From positions 24,818-88,817 of the forward strand of contig DATKVM010000002.1 of NCBI GenBank assembly GCA_035530075.1: 64,000 bases of DNA. Reading direction: 5' to 3'. The position numbers and the translations under genes are program-made. Positions 1 to 8,733 of this stretch are shown here, piece after piece (within the stretch, counting starts at the first letter, position 1; each line of letters begins with the position of its first letter). The notes under the pieces were generated by a model, which saw only the letters and a program-made list of their open reading frames with translations, did no database searches and was not told the origin of the DNA. This DNA is from Patescibacteria group bacterium (GTDB taxonomy: Bacteria > Patescibacteriota > Microgenomatia > UM-FILTER-40-11).

Positions 1-598
1 AGGGAAAAGTTTCACCAGTAGAGAAGGTAGAACAATTGCGACTGGCGGGAGTAAAATTAGTTTCGCTCCTAGCTCGACTCTCGTTAGCGTCAAAAGCCCC
101 GCGTTTGAACTGGAAATTGCCGAGACTATCTTTATAAAGGAGGGTCATCTCGATTGCCGGTTTATTGTCTCCTTCCGCCCAATGGAGAGAAACCTGACGG
201 GGGCCTTGATAGGCGGCCGCGCTCACTGGAGGCTCAATCACTCCGGTACCTTCATTGTGGGGAATAAGCCAAAGAGTAACGGCTTCATTAGCGCTAACTT
301 TTCCCGGAAAAATAAAATCTACCCCCTCAAGCGGCCTCTTAACGACCGAATAATCCACACTTAACCCCGTATCACTGGTCAAAGGAATGTCGGCATTCGC
401 CTTAATCGCGTTTTCCAGGCCTGATTGAGCCACCCAAAGAGCGCGAGCAGCTTCTTGTGATTGTTGGGAAATTTTAATATCAGTCACAGAGCGAGAAACA
501 ATCGAAAGCCCAACAATTAACAAAACCGAAATGACCAGAAGAACAATTAGAAGGACTTGGCCCTCTGAATTTTTTAACTTAGGCAGGCCGCTATTCAT
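1..598 (-). CDS. PilX-like minor pilin / pseudopilin-type membrane protein. Only the N-terminal part is in the window; the gene runs off the window start.
   Basis: ATG at 596-598 (reverse strand). Translation begins MNSGLPKLKNSEGQVLLIVLLVISVLLIVGLSIVSRSV, a PilX_N-like hydrophobic N-terminus after Gly. The frame stays open towards position 1. It sits directly upstream of the pilin array. This feature is absent from the ORF track because the ORF is incomplete. Confidence 0.45.
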   Translation of the reverse strand, partial: MNSGLPKLKNSEGQVLLIVLLVISVLLIVGLSIVSRSVTDIKISQQSQEAARALWVAQSGLENAIKANADIPLTSDTGLSVDYSVVKRPLEGVDFIFPGKVSANEAVTLWLIPHNEGTGVIEPPVSAAAYQGPRQVSLHWAEGDNKPAIEMTLLYKDSLGNFQFKRGAFDANESRARSETNFTPASRNCSTFSTGETFP

Positions 599-632
599 AC
601 TAAAAAAAGTGTAACGAAAAAAGCCAGACAAG

Positions 633-1151
633 TCAATTAAGATTTCGCGGCATCACCTCGGTTTGGAATTCTAAGCTGGCTTTTTCGCCCGGACGGTCAG
701 TATCGCCGCCTTTTTGGACCGTAAATCCCAAGTGAACTTTGACCGGCAAGCCCGGGTTATCTTCACACCAAAAATCACACCCGAAAACAGTCACGCTGCT
801 GGAAGTCAAATCAACTGTCTGTGCCGAAACAGAAGATATCTTCTTTAGGTCCTCATCACAAACAAAATTAGTAACGATACCATTGGCGTCAGTCACCTGA
901 ACTTTTTGCATATCGCCCACCGAAGTACAGCCCACCCCCCGCGAATTAAGAATCATCCCTTCCATGACCGACAGGGCGTAATTACCATTTTGGCGAACTT
1001 CTTTAACTACCTCGGCTTTACCGGCGGCGGTCAAGGAGACTATCAAAAAACCGGAAGTCATCACCGCCACTAAACCCAAGATGGAAACCACCACAATCAT
1101 TTCAATCATCGTAAAACCTGACTGCGTCTGTTTTAAATTTTCAGCTCTCAT
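633..1151 (-). CDS. type IV pilin / prepilin-type N-terminal cleavage-methylation domain protein
   Basis: N-terminus QSGFTMIEMIVVVSILGLV: Gly, then F-T-M-I-E with Glu at +5, then a hydrophobic helix. Confidence 0.75.
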   Translation of the reverse strand: MRAENLKQTQSGFTMIEMIVVVSILGLVAVMTSGFLIVSLTAAGKAEVVKEVRQNGNYALSVMEGMILNSRGVGCTSVGDMQKVQVTDANGIVTNFVCDEDLKKISSVSAQTVDLTSSSVTVFGCDFWCEDNPGLPVKVHLGFTVQKGGDTDRPGEKASLEFQTEVMPRNLN

Positions 1152-1612
1152 TTATTGGTCACCGTCGTCTCAAATTTCAACTTATGATTAAAATCAGCTT
1201 CTCTGCATTCAGGATTGGAGCTTTTACTCTCCCAGAAAACATCAACACTAATTTTGACCATTTTTGCCTGGCCCCAATTGGGTGTTTCGGTAGGAAGATT
1301 ATTCGAATCTTCCAAAAGTCTAGTGAGTATGCAATAATCTTCCTCTTCGTTGTGCTCCGTGCCTGAAATATCTGGGGGGAGGGTCAAATACTCAGTTTCC
1401 CAAAACTTTTTGTAATTCTTGTTCTTATAATCAATAATCTGGGCAATTTTTTCTTGGGCCAAAGCAGTTAATCGACTTTGGTCGCTGGAGAAACGGGTGC
1501 TTTTGACCGAGGAACCGGTGGCCCGTACTAAACCTAAGGCAATTAAGCCCGCAATGCTTAAGGCAATAATTACTTCCCAAAGAGATTGGCCAGCCGAATT
1601 TTTTTGCGACAT
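1148..1612 (-). CDS. minor pilin-like protein (prepilin-type leader)
   Basis: AGQSLWEVIIALSIAGLIALGL: Gly-Gln cleavage-type site with Glu at +5 and a hydrophobic helix. It overlaps its neighbours by 4 nt. Confidence 0.6.
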   Translation of the reverse strand: MSQKNSAGQSLWEVIIALSIAGLIALGLVRATGSSVKSTRFSSDQSRLTALAQEKIAQIIDYKNKNYKKFWETEYLTLPPDISGTEHNEEEDYCILTRLLEDSNNLPTETPNWGQAKMVKISVDVFWESKSSNPECREADFNHKLKFETTVTNK

Positions 1613-2103
1613 TATCTTACTTCCTCCTCGCCTCGAATATTAATCGCTCCACCAGCATTAATATCAATAAGTTTACTTTTCCCAAAACCAAAAACAGTAA
1701 TCGTTGTCACCAAATCATTAGTAGGAAGTGAAGTAACTAAGCCCTGGCGTAAAACTTTGAATTTTATCCAATCGGGGCCACTAACAATTAGATTGCTTGA
1801 GACAAAATCAGCTTTAACTTGATAATCAGAACCACAATTGGCTTTAATAACATAGTTGGTACCATTAAGGTAAAAAGTATAGCCGGTTAGGGGAGTTGCT
1901 TGGCAATTAGGATGTTTCTGATTATTGCTCGCTAAGCTTTGGGCCAGTCTCAAATCTTGAGCGATTTTCCGAGCCGCCTGAGACACGAGTTGGTTCCGGC
2001 TGAAATTAATATAGGTGGCCAGACCGGTCACCGAGAGAATACCAATAATGGAAATAACTATTAAAAGCTCAATTAAAGTGAACCCCGCCGTTTGTCTTTT
2101 CAT
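1612..2103 (-). CDS. type IV pilin
   Basis: MKRQTAGFTLIELLIVISIIGILS, the canonical GFTLIELL class-III signal. Confidence 0.8.
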   Translation of the reverse strand: MKRQTAGFTLIELLIVISIIGILSVTGLATYINFSRNQLVSQAARKIAQDLRLAQSLASNNQKHPNCQATPLTGYTFYLNGTNYVIKANCGSDYQVKADFVSSNLIVSGPDWIKFKVLRQGLVTSLPTNDLVTTITVFGFGKSKLIDINAGGAINIRGEEEVR

Positions 2104-2129
2104 TCATTTAAGCATAGCTTGATTTTCAA

Positions 2130-2600
2130 TTAAGGATTAGCCGTTTCATAATTGCAAGCACTACTACCACCACAATTATTGGTGCAACTGGTAGGTTTTG
2201 CGGCCGCCCCTTCCAAATAGGCGCAAAGGAAATAGCTGTTTTTGGAGACTAAGCGATACTGATAATTATAAGTTGGCACCAGCGGGTCAGCCGGAACCTG
2301 CTGCATATAGACCACGCCTACACAGGGAGATCCGGCGGGCCCAGTGAGGGAACTACCCGAGATGACCGCGCTAGGATAAGTTTTACAGTCGTTGCGGTAA
2401 AGCTCCAGAGCCGAACGAATTTGTTCCAAATCGGCTTTCCTTTTGCTGTCCCGAGCGCTTTTTCTCGCCTGGGCAAAGCCCAAGAAGGAAAGTGAGACCA
2501 AAATCCCAATAATAGAAATTACCACTAATAACTCAATCAAGGTAAAACCGCACTTATTTTGGTCTTTCTTATTATTTTTATAATTTGGCAATTCAGGCAT
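2130..2600 (-). CDS. type IV pilin with a Cys-rich C-terminus
   Basis: KCGFTLIELLVVISIIGIL. The C-terminus reads TSCTNNCGGSSACNYETANP. Confidence 0.8.
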   Translation of the reverse strand: MPELPNYKNNKKDQNKCGFTLIELLVVISIIGILVSLSFLGFAQARKSARDSKRKADLEQIRSALELYRNDCKTYPSAVISGSSLTGPAGSPCVGVVYMQQVPADPLVPTYNYQYRLVSKNSYFLCAYLEGAAAKPTSCTNNCGGSSACNYETANP

Positions 2601-2606
2601 TTTTAC

Positions 2607-3245
2607 TTAGGGGCAGGTATTAGGCATTAAACTACAGACACCAGTACTTAAACAGGCGCTCTGGGTCATCCATGGCGGTAAACACGAAGAAACTCCAGAC
2701 AAAAAGACCCCCTTACAGGCTCCACTTTCACAACAATAACAAGTTGTTCCACTAGGTGGCGATGATGGAGCCACTGTTGGTTCAGATGAACCAGAAGAAC
2801 TCCCCACCGTGCAAGTACTACTTCCCGGGGTAGCTCCCTCACCACTCAAACCGTTGGAACAAACGATAAAATCCGATTCACTTCTCTCCAAATTTGCTGC
2901 CAAAACATAATCTATTCCGTCAGAAGAAGAATAGTACAGATAATCAGAATAAACTCCTTCTTCTGCCAAAACATCATTAAGGCAAGCGCCGCTTAAATAG
3001 TCAACCATCAGGGTACAAAGGTTATCAATATCACCGCTAGCCACCGGGTACATGGAACTATGAGCGGAAGCATAATTTTCCAGGGCGGTCCGATATTGAT
3101 TTAAATCGGATTTTCGCTGAGCGTCCCGAGCTCCTTTCTCGGCAGTTAAATAGCGAGCAGTGCCAAAAGCGGCCAAAATCCCAATGATAGAAATGACCAC
3201 CAATAATTCGATCAAGGTGAAGCCGATTTTTGTTTTTTCTCTCAT
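2607..3245 (-). CDS. type IV pilin with a Cys/Ser-rich C-terminal region
   Basis: KIGFTLIELLVVISIIGILAA. The C-terminal 60 aa contain about 10 Cys (TTCYCCESGACKG...). Confidence 0.8.
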   Translation of the reverse strand: MREKTKIGFTLIELLVVISIIGILAAFGTARYLTAEKGARDAQRKSDLNQYRTALENYASAHSSMYPVASGDIDNLCTLMVDYLSGACLNDVLAEEGVYSDYLYYSSSDGIDYVLAANLERSESDFIVCSNGLSGEGATPGSSTCTVGSSSGSSEPTVAPSSPPSGTTCYCCESGACKGVFLSGVSSCLPPWMTQSACLSTGVCSLMPNTCP

Positions 3246-3721
3246 GGCGCGTGAACCTCAAATTTTTTGCCGGAACTACAACCCCCATCCGCTTCTCCCT
3301 GAGGGTCGGAAGCGTTTTCCAAACAAGCCTTCAGAGTATAATCCAGAGGGTCAGTGTCATTCCGATCATAGTGATAAGCATACTCGCCGATATTAGCCGG
3401 GTCTGTCGGCACCGCCCTCATATAAACCGTGCCTCCCGTGCCCTCTAGGGCCGTGGCCATGGTATCCCAATCCGTGTCCGGAGGATAAGCCGGTTTTGGC
3501 TGGTCATGTTTATACATTTCCAAGGCTTTTTGAATCTCAATAAAATCACTTTTCCGTTGGGCATCCCGGGCTCTCTCTCTTACCCCCGTCATATTGCTAA
3601 TAAGCAGGGTGGCCAGAACCCCAATGATGGAAATGACCACCAATAATTCGATTAAGGTAAATCCCTTCTTTATCTCCTTAATACTTAATGCTTGATACTT
3701 GCTACTTAATACCCTTCTCAT
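3242..3721 (-). CDS. type IV pilin
   Basis: KKGFTLIELLVVISIIGVLATLL. Confidence 0.8.
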   Translation of the reverse strand: MRRVLSSKYQALSIKEIKKGFTLIELLVVISIIGVLATLLISNMTGVRERARDAQRKSDFIEIQKALEMYKHDQPKPAYPPDTDWDTMATALEGTGGTVYMRAVPTDPANIGEYAYHYDRNDTDPLDYTLKACLENASDPQGEADGGCSSGKKFEVHAP

Positions 3722-4305
3722 GGTGACAGATTAGAGCTGGCTACCCCATAATTATAACTTTTGTCGGTTACGCTCCCGCAATCTGCTTGGAGAGTCGCTT
3801 TTGGATCCTGTTTATTTTCCAGTTTAGCATAAAGTTTATAACCAGAAGGTAAGTCATTTTTAGAATAACAATATTCAGGATTGCCGGTAGGATCTTTGGG
3901 AAGCTCTTTCATATAAAGTGTGTTGCTATCCTTCATTTCTGCGCTTCCCCAAGTTAAGGCAACCTCAATCTTAATTTTTCCTCCTTCTGACCCCGGATAG
4001 TTACCATAGTCGTTGTAGTACATTTCTAAGGCCCGCTGCACCTGTTCCAAATCCGATTTTCTTTTAGCATCTCTGGATTTAAGCTGGCTACTACGGAAAC
4101 TATTTAAACCCACGGTTGCCAAAATGCCCAAAATCGCCATAACAATCAAAAGCTCAATCAAGGTAAAACCTTGACAAGCTTTGCTTATTAAAGTGAAGCC
4201 GCGTCGCGGCTGAACTTTATCAAGGTTCTTGCGAAGCAAGGTTCTTATAAGGGTGAAACCCTTGAAAGCTTTGCTTATCAAGGTGAAACCCGAACAATTT
4301 TTCAT
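3718..4305 (-). CDS. type IV pilin with a tandemly repeated GFTLI N-terminal motif. The start is reassigned to the ATG at 4305.
   Basis: The ORF-track entry 3718..4563 overlaps pilin 4310..4972, so its 5' end is unlikely to be real. The internal Met gives MKNCSGFTLISKAFKGFTLIRTLLRKNLDKVQPRRGFTLISKACQGFTLIELLIVMAILGILATVG. Confidence 0.6.
   Translation of the reverse strand: MKNCSGFTLISKAFKGFTLIRTLLRKNLDKVQPRRGFTLISKACQGFTLIELLIVMAILGILATVGLNSFRSSQLKSRDAKRKSDLEQVQRALEMYYNDYGNYPGSEGGKIKIEVALTWGSAEMKDSNTLYMKELPKDPTGNPEYCYSKNDLPSGYKLYAKLENKQDPKATLQADCGSVTDKSYNYGVASSNLSP
4141..4305 (-). repeat. imperfect tandem repeat of roughly 30-60 nt encoding repeated GFTLI(S/R) motifs at the pilin N-terminus
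   Basis: The reverse strand has four copies: ggtttcaccttgataagcaaagctttcaag, ggtttcacccttataagaacc..., ggcttcactttaataagcaaagcttgtcaa, ggttttaccttgattgag. Differences sit mainly at synonymous positions. Confidence 0.7.
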
Positions 4306-4309
4306 TTTC

Positions 4310-4972
4310 TTAATTGCACTCACGTAAAGGCTCCTCCGGCGTCCCGCACTTATTTTGACAACAAGCTTCGTCAATACAAGAACCAATATAAATATAATTG
4401 GGAGAACATTGCTCTGAGCCCGAAAGTTGCTGGCAAACCCCGCTAAAGCAGCCATAGAAGTCGGCGGGAGGGCTCGTTCCTCCACCGGGAGTAGTCCCGG
4501 GAGTAATGGTCGTCGTCTCCAGTCGGATATTGGAAACCACATAATTGCCTTTATCGGCGCCATAGGTGATAACCTTCTCTAATTCTAAGGTAGCATAAAT
4601 AGCGTATTGCTTACAATTGGGGTCAAGACGCTGATAAACATAAGGCTTTTTAGTCAGGGGATCACAAGGAACCGGATTTAAGTAAGCGGTAAAATCGGCG
4701 GCTGGCCGGCAAGTATTCGCGTCTTGGTAAACTTGCACCGGATAACAGGGATGGTCGCCCCCGTAATCTTCCACCGCCGTGACAATCTTTTTTAAATCGG
4801 ATTTCCGCCGACCATCACGAGCCTTAGCGATTTGATAACTAGGCTTAACGGCAAAAACCGTCAGTAAAATTAAAACTCCTAACGCAGCTACTACCACTAA
4901 GATTTCCGTTAAGGTCATTCCCGCCTTTAAAGAAAGAGTTTTTGACTGAAAGAGAGGATTTTTTCTCCCCAT
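4310..4972 (-). CDS. type IV pilin-like protein (G-MTLTEIL variant) with a Cys-rich C-terminus
   Basis: LSLKAGMTLTEILVVVAALGVLILL. The C-terminus is GCFSGVCQQLSGSEQCSPNYIYIGSCIDEACCQNKCG. It overlaps pilD by about 46 nt. Confidence 0.65.
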   Translation of the reverse strand: MGRKNPLFQSKTLSLKAGMTLTEILVVVAALGVLILLTVFAVKPSYQIAKARDGRRKSDLKKIVTAVEDYGGDHPCYPVQVYQDANTCRPAADFTAYLNPVPCDPLTKKPYVYQRLDPNCKQYAIYATLELEKVITYGADKGNYVVSNIRLETTTITPGTTPGGGTSPPADFYGCFSGVCQQLSGSEQCSPNYIYIGSCIDEACCQNKCGTPEEPLRECN

Positions 4973-5715
4973 AAAACGGTAATAATGATCGCGGCGGCCA
5001 AAAACGGGCCAAAAGCAATTTTTTGGCCAAACCTGGCTTTTTTAACTAAAATTAGTATGACCCCGACTATTGCCCCTGTCAAGAAAGCCAAATAAAAAGC
5101 AATTATTATTTTAGGAAAACCCAAAACTAAACCCATTAAAAAGGCCAGCTTCACATCACCCAATCCCATACCCCGGCCGCGGGTAACCACCCGAATTAAA
5201 AACAAAAATAAAGCGGCGCCGACGGCGGGGAGAAGAGTAGTAAGCAGTAAGTAGTGGGTAGTCAGGTGGGGAACGAAGATTTTTGATAAAAGAAAAAGAA
5301 AAATTACCGGCAGAAGAATTTCGTCGGGAATAATTTGCTGCTCAAGGTCAATAAAAAAGATGGCAATTAGGGCAGAAAACAAAACCCAAGTTAGCCCTAC
5401 CTCCGCTATCCCTAAGTAACCTAAGTTACTTAAGTTACCTAGGCAAGTTGCTCCTAAAACAAACAAAGTTCCGGTCAAAAGCTCAACTACCGGATAGCGC
5501 CAGGAAATAGGGGAGTGACAATACCGACAATGTCCCCTTAACCAAGCAAAAGATAAAAGGGGAACATTATCAAACCAAGCAATTTTCCGGCGGCACTTTG
5601 GGCAAAATGACCGCCCCCAAACTACCGACAATCCTCGGGGGAGCCGATAAATTACCACATTCAGAAAACTCCCGATACCCAAACCCAGCAGGCCCAAAAG
5701 GAATATCGGTATCAT
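4927..5715 (-). CDS. pilD: prepilin peptidase (A24 family)
   Basis: CPKCRRKIAWFDNVPLLSFAWLRGHCRYCHSPI zinc-binding tetracysteine. Multiple TM helices and a GLGDVKLAFLMG motif. Confidence 0.9.
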   Translation of the reverse strand: MIPIFLLGLLGLGIGSFLNVVIYRLPRGLSVVWGRSFCPKCRRKIAWFDNVPLLSFAWLRGHCRYCHSPISWRYPVVELLTGTLFVLGATCLGNLSNLGYLGIAEVGLTWVLFSALIAIFFIDLEQQIIPDEILLPVIFLFLLSKIFVPHLTTHYLLLTTLLPAVGAALFLFLIRVVTRGRGMGLGDVKLAFLMGLVLGFPKIIIAFYLAFLTGAIVGVILILVKKARFGQKIAFGPFLAAAIIITVLWGEKILSFSQKLFL

Positions 5716-5718
5716 CCT

Positions 5719-6321
5719 TTACAAGCAAACATAACACTCCCCCTTAGCCTCTTTCGGAGTCGCCGCATCGGTACAATCCGCGGAACAAGCTAAGTCATCC
5801 AGGCCGGTTCCCCAAACTTGAGTCTCGCTCTTGCAGGCGTTATACGCTTCGGTGGTAAATGACAGCGAAGCCGGGATAAAACACGCATAAGCACTGTTAT
5901 CGGTTACCGAAAAATACAAATAAACCTTTTTCCTGCTCGTTAATCTGGCCTTAAATCCACCCTTAACTTCCGCCGTATTTTCCAGATTCTCCAACATGGT
6001 CGGTGGAGAATTCCCATATACTATTACGGCTGAAGCCTCTAATAGCCCCGTGTCTAAACCTACATTTTGCGTACTGCCAACTGTATCTTGCCAAGGATAA
6101 TATTGAAGGGAAGCATAAAACCGGTCAATCGCGCTTAACAGTTGCTCCGAGTCCGACCGATCCCCGGTGTCCCGACCTTTATCGATTTGCTCAATCGGGT
6201 TAATCGCCGAAAGCACCGCTATTGCTAAAACTCCCAAAACCGCAATCACAATCAAGAGCTCAATCATCGTAAACCCCTGCCTTAATTTGGAAATTTGGAA
6301 TTTGAAATTAGAAATTTTCAT
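5719..6321 (-). CDS. type IV pilin. The start is moved to the second ATG, which has a strong RBS.
   Basis: RQGFTMIELLIVIAVLGVLAI. The upstream sequence gaaggggggtgaaATGaaa gives a GGGGGGTGA Shine-Dalgarno before MKISNFKF. The C-terminus has 5 Cys. Confidence 0.75.
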   Translation of the reverse strand: MKISNFKFQISKLRQGFTMIELLIVIAVLGVLAIAVLSAINPIEQIDKGRDTGDRSDSEQLLSAIDRFYASLQYYPWQDTVGSTQNVGLDTGLLEASAVIVYGNSPPTMLENLENTAEVKGGFKARLTSRKKVYLYFSVTDNSAYACFIPASLSFTTEAYNACKSETQVWGTGLDDLACSADCTDAATPKEAKGECYVCL

Positions 6322-6413
6322 TTCACCCCCCTTCATTTAGTAACTTTTAACACAATCTTGGTTATTTGCTAGTATGGCTTTTGGCGAACTGACTGTCAAG
6401 TCGAATTTCGGCT

Positions 6414-7619
6414 TTAAAATTGACTGGTCAAATTATAAATCGGCATAATAATCGCGATAACCAAAAAACCCACGCCCACACCCAGTAATATCATTATTAA
6501 GGGCTCGATAGCAGTTGTCAAGCCCTTTAAGGACTCTTCCGATTCGGACTGAAAGTAGTGGGAAACTTTTAACATCACCTCATCAACTTTACCCGTTTCT
6601 TCGCCCACCGAAAGCATTTGCGAGAGGATTTGAGGGAAAAAACGATTTTCCGAAAGTGCGCTTGAAAGAGGGAAACCTTTCTCTACCTGTTTGCGGGCCG
6701 ATAAAACTCCCTCTTCGATAATCGCGTTATCCGCGGTCTTGGAAGAAATTTCCAAAGCCTCAACAATGGAAATACCGGCGCCAACTAAAAGCCCCAAAGT
6801 CCGGGTTAGCTCGGCCAGGGCAATTTGAATTTGGAGTTTCCCGAAAATGGGGATTTTAAACTTTATTTCATCAATTCTCTTTTTACCTTCTTTGTCTCGA
6901 TTAATAGCTCGGTAAAGATAGGCCAAGCCGATTAAAAGGAAAATCAAAAGCCACCAGAAAGAAACCATAAACCGCGAGATGGAAATTAAAATTTTAGTCG
7001 CTTGAGGTAATTGAGCGTCAAACTCGGTATAAAGGGCGGTTAACTTGGGGATAACAAAGACCATCATCATAAACATCACCCCTCCCATTCCCACCACAAT
7101 GATAATCGGGTAAAGTAAGGCGCCTTTTATTTTTGCCTGAAATTCTCGTTGCATTTCCAGATTGTCCGCCAGCCGACCCAAGATGTTGTCCAAAACCCCG
7201 GCTGATTCACCCGCCTTGACTAAAGAGACATAAACGGTCGAAAAAATCTTCGGGTGTTTCTGCAGGGCATCGGCGAGACTGGCGCCACCTTCAACATCAC
7301 GCAAGATTGCGCCGACCGCCTCCGTCAACTGACTCTCCCGTTGAGATTTCAAAATCGTGAGTGCTTCAGTCAGGGGAAGGCCGGCGTTAATCATCGTCGA
7401 AAGCTGGCGAGTAAAGGTGGAAACCTCAGTTAAAGAAACTTTTTTGAATAGCCGCTTGTAAAGGCCAACAAAAAGCCCTTCGCTTTGCTGCCGAATGAAG
7501 TAGGGGAAATAGCGCTTTTCTCTTAAAATCGAGATTGCCTGTTTGCGGTCTTGAGCCTCCACCGTCCCTTTAATATCTCGGCCTTCATTATCCTTAACTT
7601 TATAGACGAAAGTTGGCAT
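6414..7619 (-). CDS. pilC: type IV pilus assembly platform protein PilC (GspF family)
   Basis: 401 aa with two T2SS-F repeats, three TM segments and a GspF-like layout. It lies between pilD and pilT. Confidence 0.85.
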   Translation of the reverse strand: MPTFVYKVKDNEGRDIKGTVEAQDRKQAISILREKRYFPYFIRQQSEGLFVGLYKRLFKKVSLTEVSTFTRQLSTMINAGLPLTEALTILKSQRESQLTEAVGAILRDVEGGASLADALQKHPKIFSTVYVSLVKAGESAGVLDNILGRLADNLEMQREFQAKIKGALLYPIIIVVGMGGVMFMMMVFVIPKLTALYTEFDAQLPQATKILISISRFMVSFWWLLIFLLIGLAYLYRAINRDKEGKKRIDEIKFKIPIFGKLQIQIALAELTRTLGLLVGAGISIVEALEISSKTADNAIIEEGVLSARKQVEKGFPLSSALSENRFFPQILSQMLSVGEETGKVDEVMLKVSHYFQSESEESLKGLTTAIEPLIMILLGVGVGFLVIAIIMPIYNLTSQF

Positions 7620-7633
7620 TTTTTTGGTTTTCC

Positions 7634-8695
7634 TTAAAATTGTTTCATCAGCCGGGAAACCTCTTCCGGCCGGAGGGCAAAGAGTCGAGCGGTGTCCAGG
7701 CTAATTTTACCTCCTTGAATTAATTGGACCAAAGATGTCTCCAGGGTTGACATCCCTAAACTGCCCGAGGTTTGCATAATATTATCAAGCATGTGGGTTT
7801 TTCCTTCACGGATAGCCGTTCTTACCGCCGGACTGGCAACCATTATTTCATAAGCCAAAACGCGACCGGAACTAACTCGCGGCACCAATCGCTGCGACAA
7901 GACAGCCTCTAAGGCAGTGGCCAATTGCATCCTGACCTGACTTTTAGAATCTTCGGGAAAGGCGTCAATAATCCGGTCAATTGTCTGAGAAGCGGAGTTA
8001 GTATGGAGAGTGGAAAAAACTAAGTGGCCGGTTTCAGCAATCGTCAAAGCGGCGGCAATGGTATCATAGTCCCGCATTTCCCCAATCAAGACGACATCGG
8101 GATCCTCCCGCAAAGTCGAGCGCAAGGCAGCGGTCCAGGAATGCGTATCCAAGCCTAACTCTCGTTGAGAAATCAAGGAGCGGCGACTAGTAAAAACAAA
8201 TTCAACCGGATCCTCAATCGTAATCACATTACAAGACCGCTGGCTCAGAATTTCTTTAATAATCGCAGCCAAAGTCGTTGATTTACCATGACCGGTTGGT
8301 CCAGTAACCAAAACGAATCCCTGCTTTAGCTTAGAAAATTCATAGCATATTTTTGGCAAACCCAATTCATCAATGCCTTTAATTTCCAAGGGGACAAACC
8401 GTAGAGCTCCCGCCAGTGTTCCTTTCTGATGATAAACATTGACCCGAAAACGGCCTTTGCCCGCCAATTCAAAAGAAAAATCAATTTCTTTGTTATTGGC
8501 CAGCAGTTCTTTTTGTTCTTCCTGCAAAAGAGAGAAAAGTAAAGTTTCCACCTCTTCCTTGGTCAAAAGGTTTTCGCCGCTCACTAGGGAAAGCTCGCCA
8601 TGAATTCTTAGGCAAGGTGGCATACCTACCTGTAAGTGCAAGTCCGAAGCCCCTTTATCAATCGTTAACTGTAAGAGATTCTGAATATCTGCCAT
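7634..8695 (-). CDS. pilT: twitching-motility / retraction ATPase PilT
   Basis: Walker A GPTGHGKSTT, Asp box, His box and a size of about 350 aa typical of PilT. Confidence 0.9.
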   Translation of the reverse strand: MADIQNLLQLTIDKGASDLHLQVGMPPCLRIHGELSLVSGENLLTKEEVETLLFSLLQEEQKELLANNKEIDFSFELAGKGRFRVNVYHQKGTLAGALRFVPLEIKGIDELGLPKICYEFSKLKQGFVLVTGPTGHGKSTTLAAIIKEILSQRSCNVITIEDPVEFVFTSRRSLISQRELGLDTHSWTAALRSTLREDPDVVLIGEMRDYDTIAAALTIAETGHLVFSTLHTNSASQTIDRIIDAFPEDSKSQVRMQLATALEAVLSQRLVPRVSSGRVLAYEIMVASPAVRTAIREGKTHMLDNIMQTSGSLGMSTLETSLVQLIQGGKISLDTARLFALRPEEVSRLMKQF

Positions 8696-8733
8696 ATATA
8701 CTATCTATAATACTTAATCTTGGATTTTTAATG

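Noticed and set aside
4306-4563. 5' extension of ORF 3718..4563 (MAPIKAIMWFP...)
   Set aside because: It overlaps pilin gene 4310..4972 in another frame and has no pilin leader. The pilin signal begins at the internal Met at 4305.
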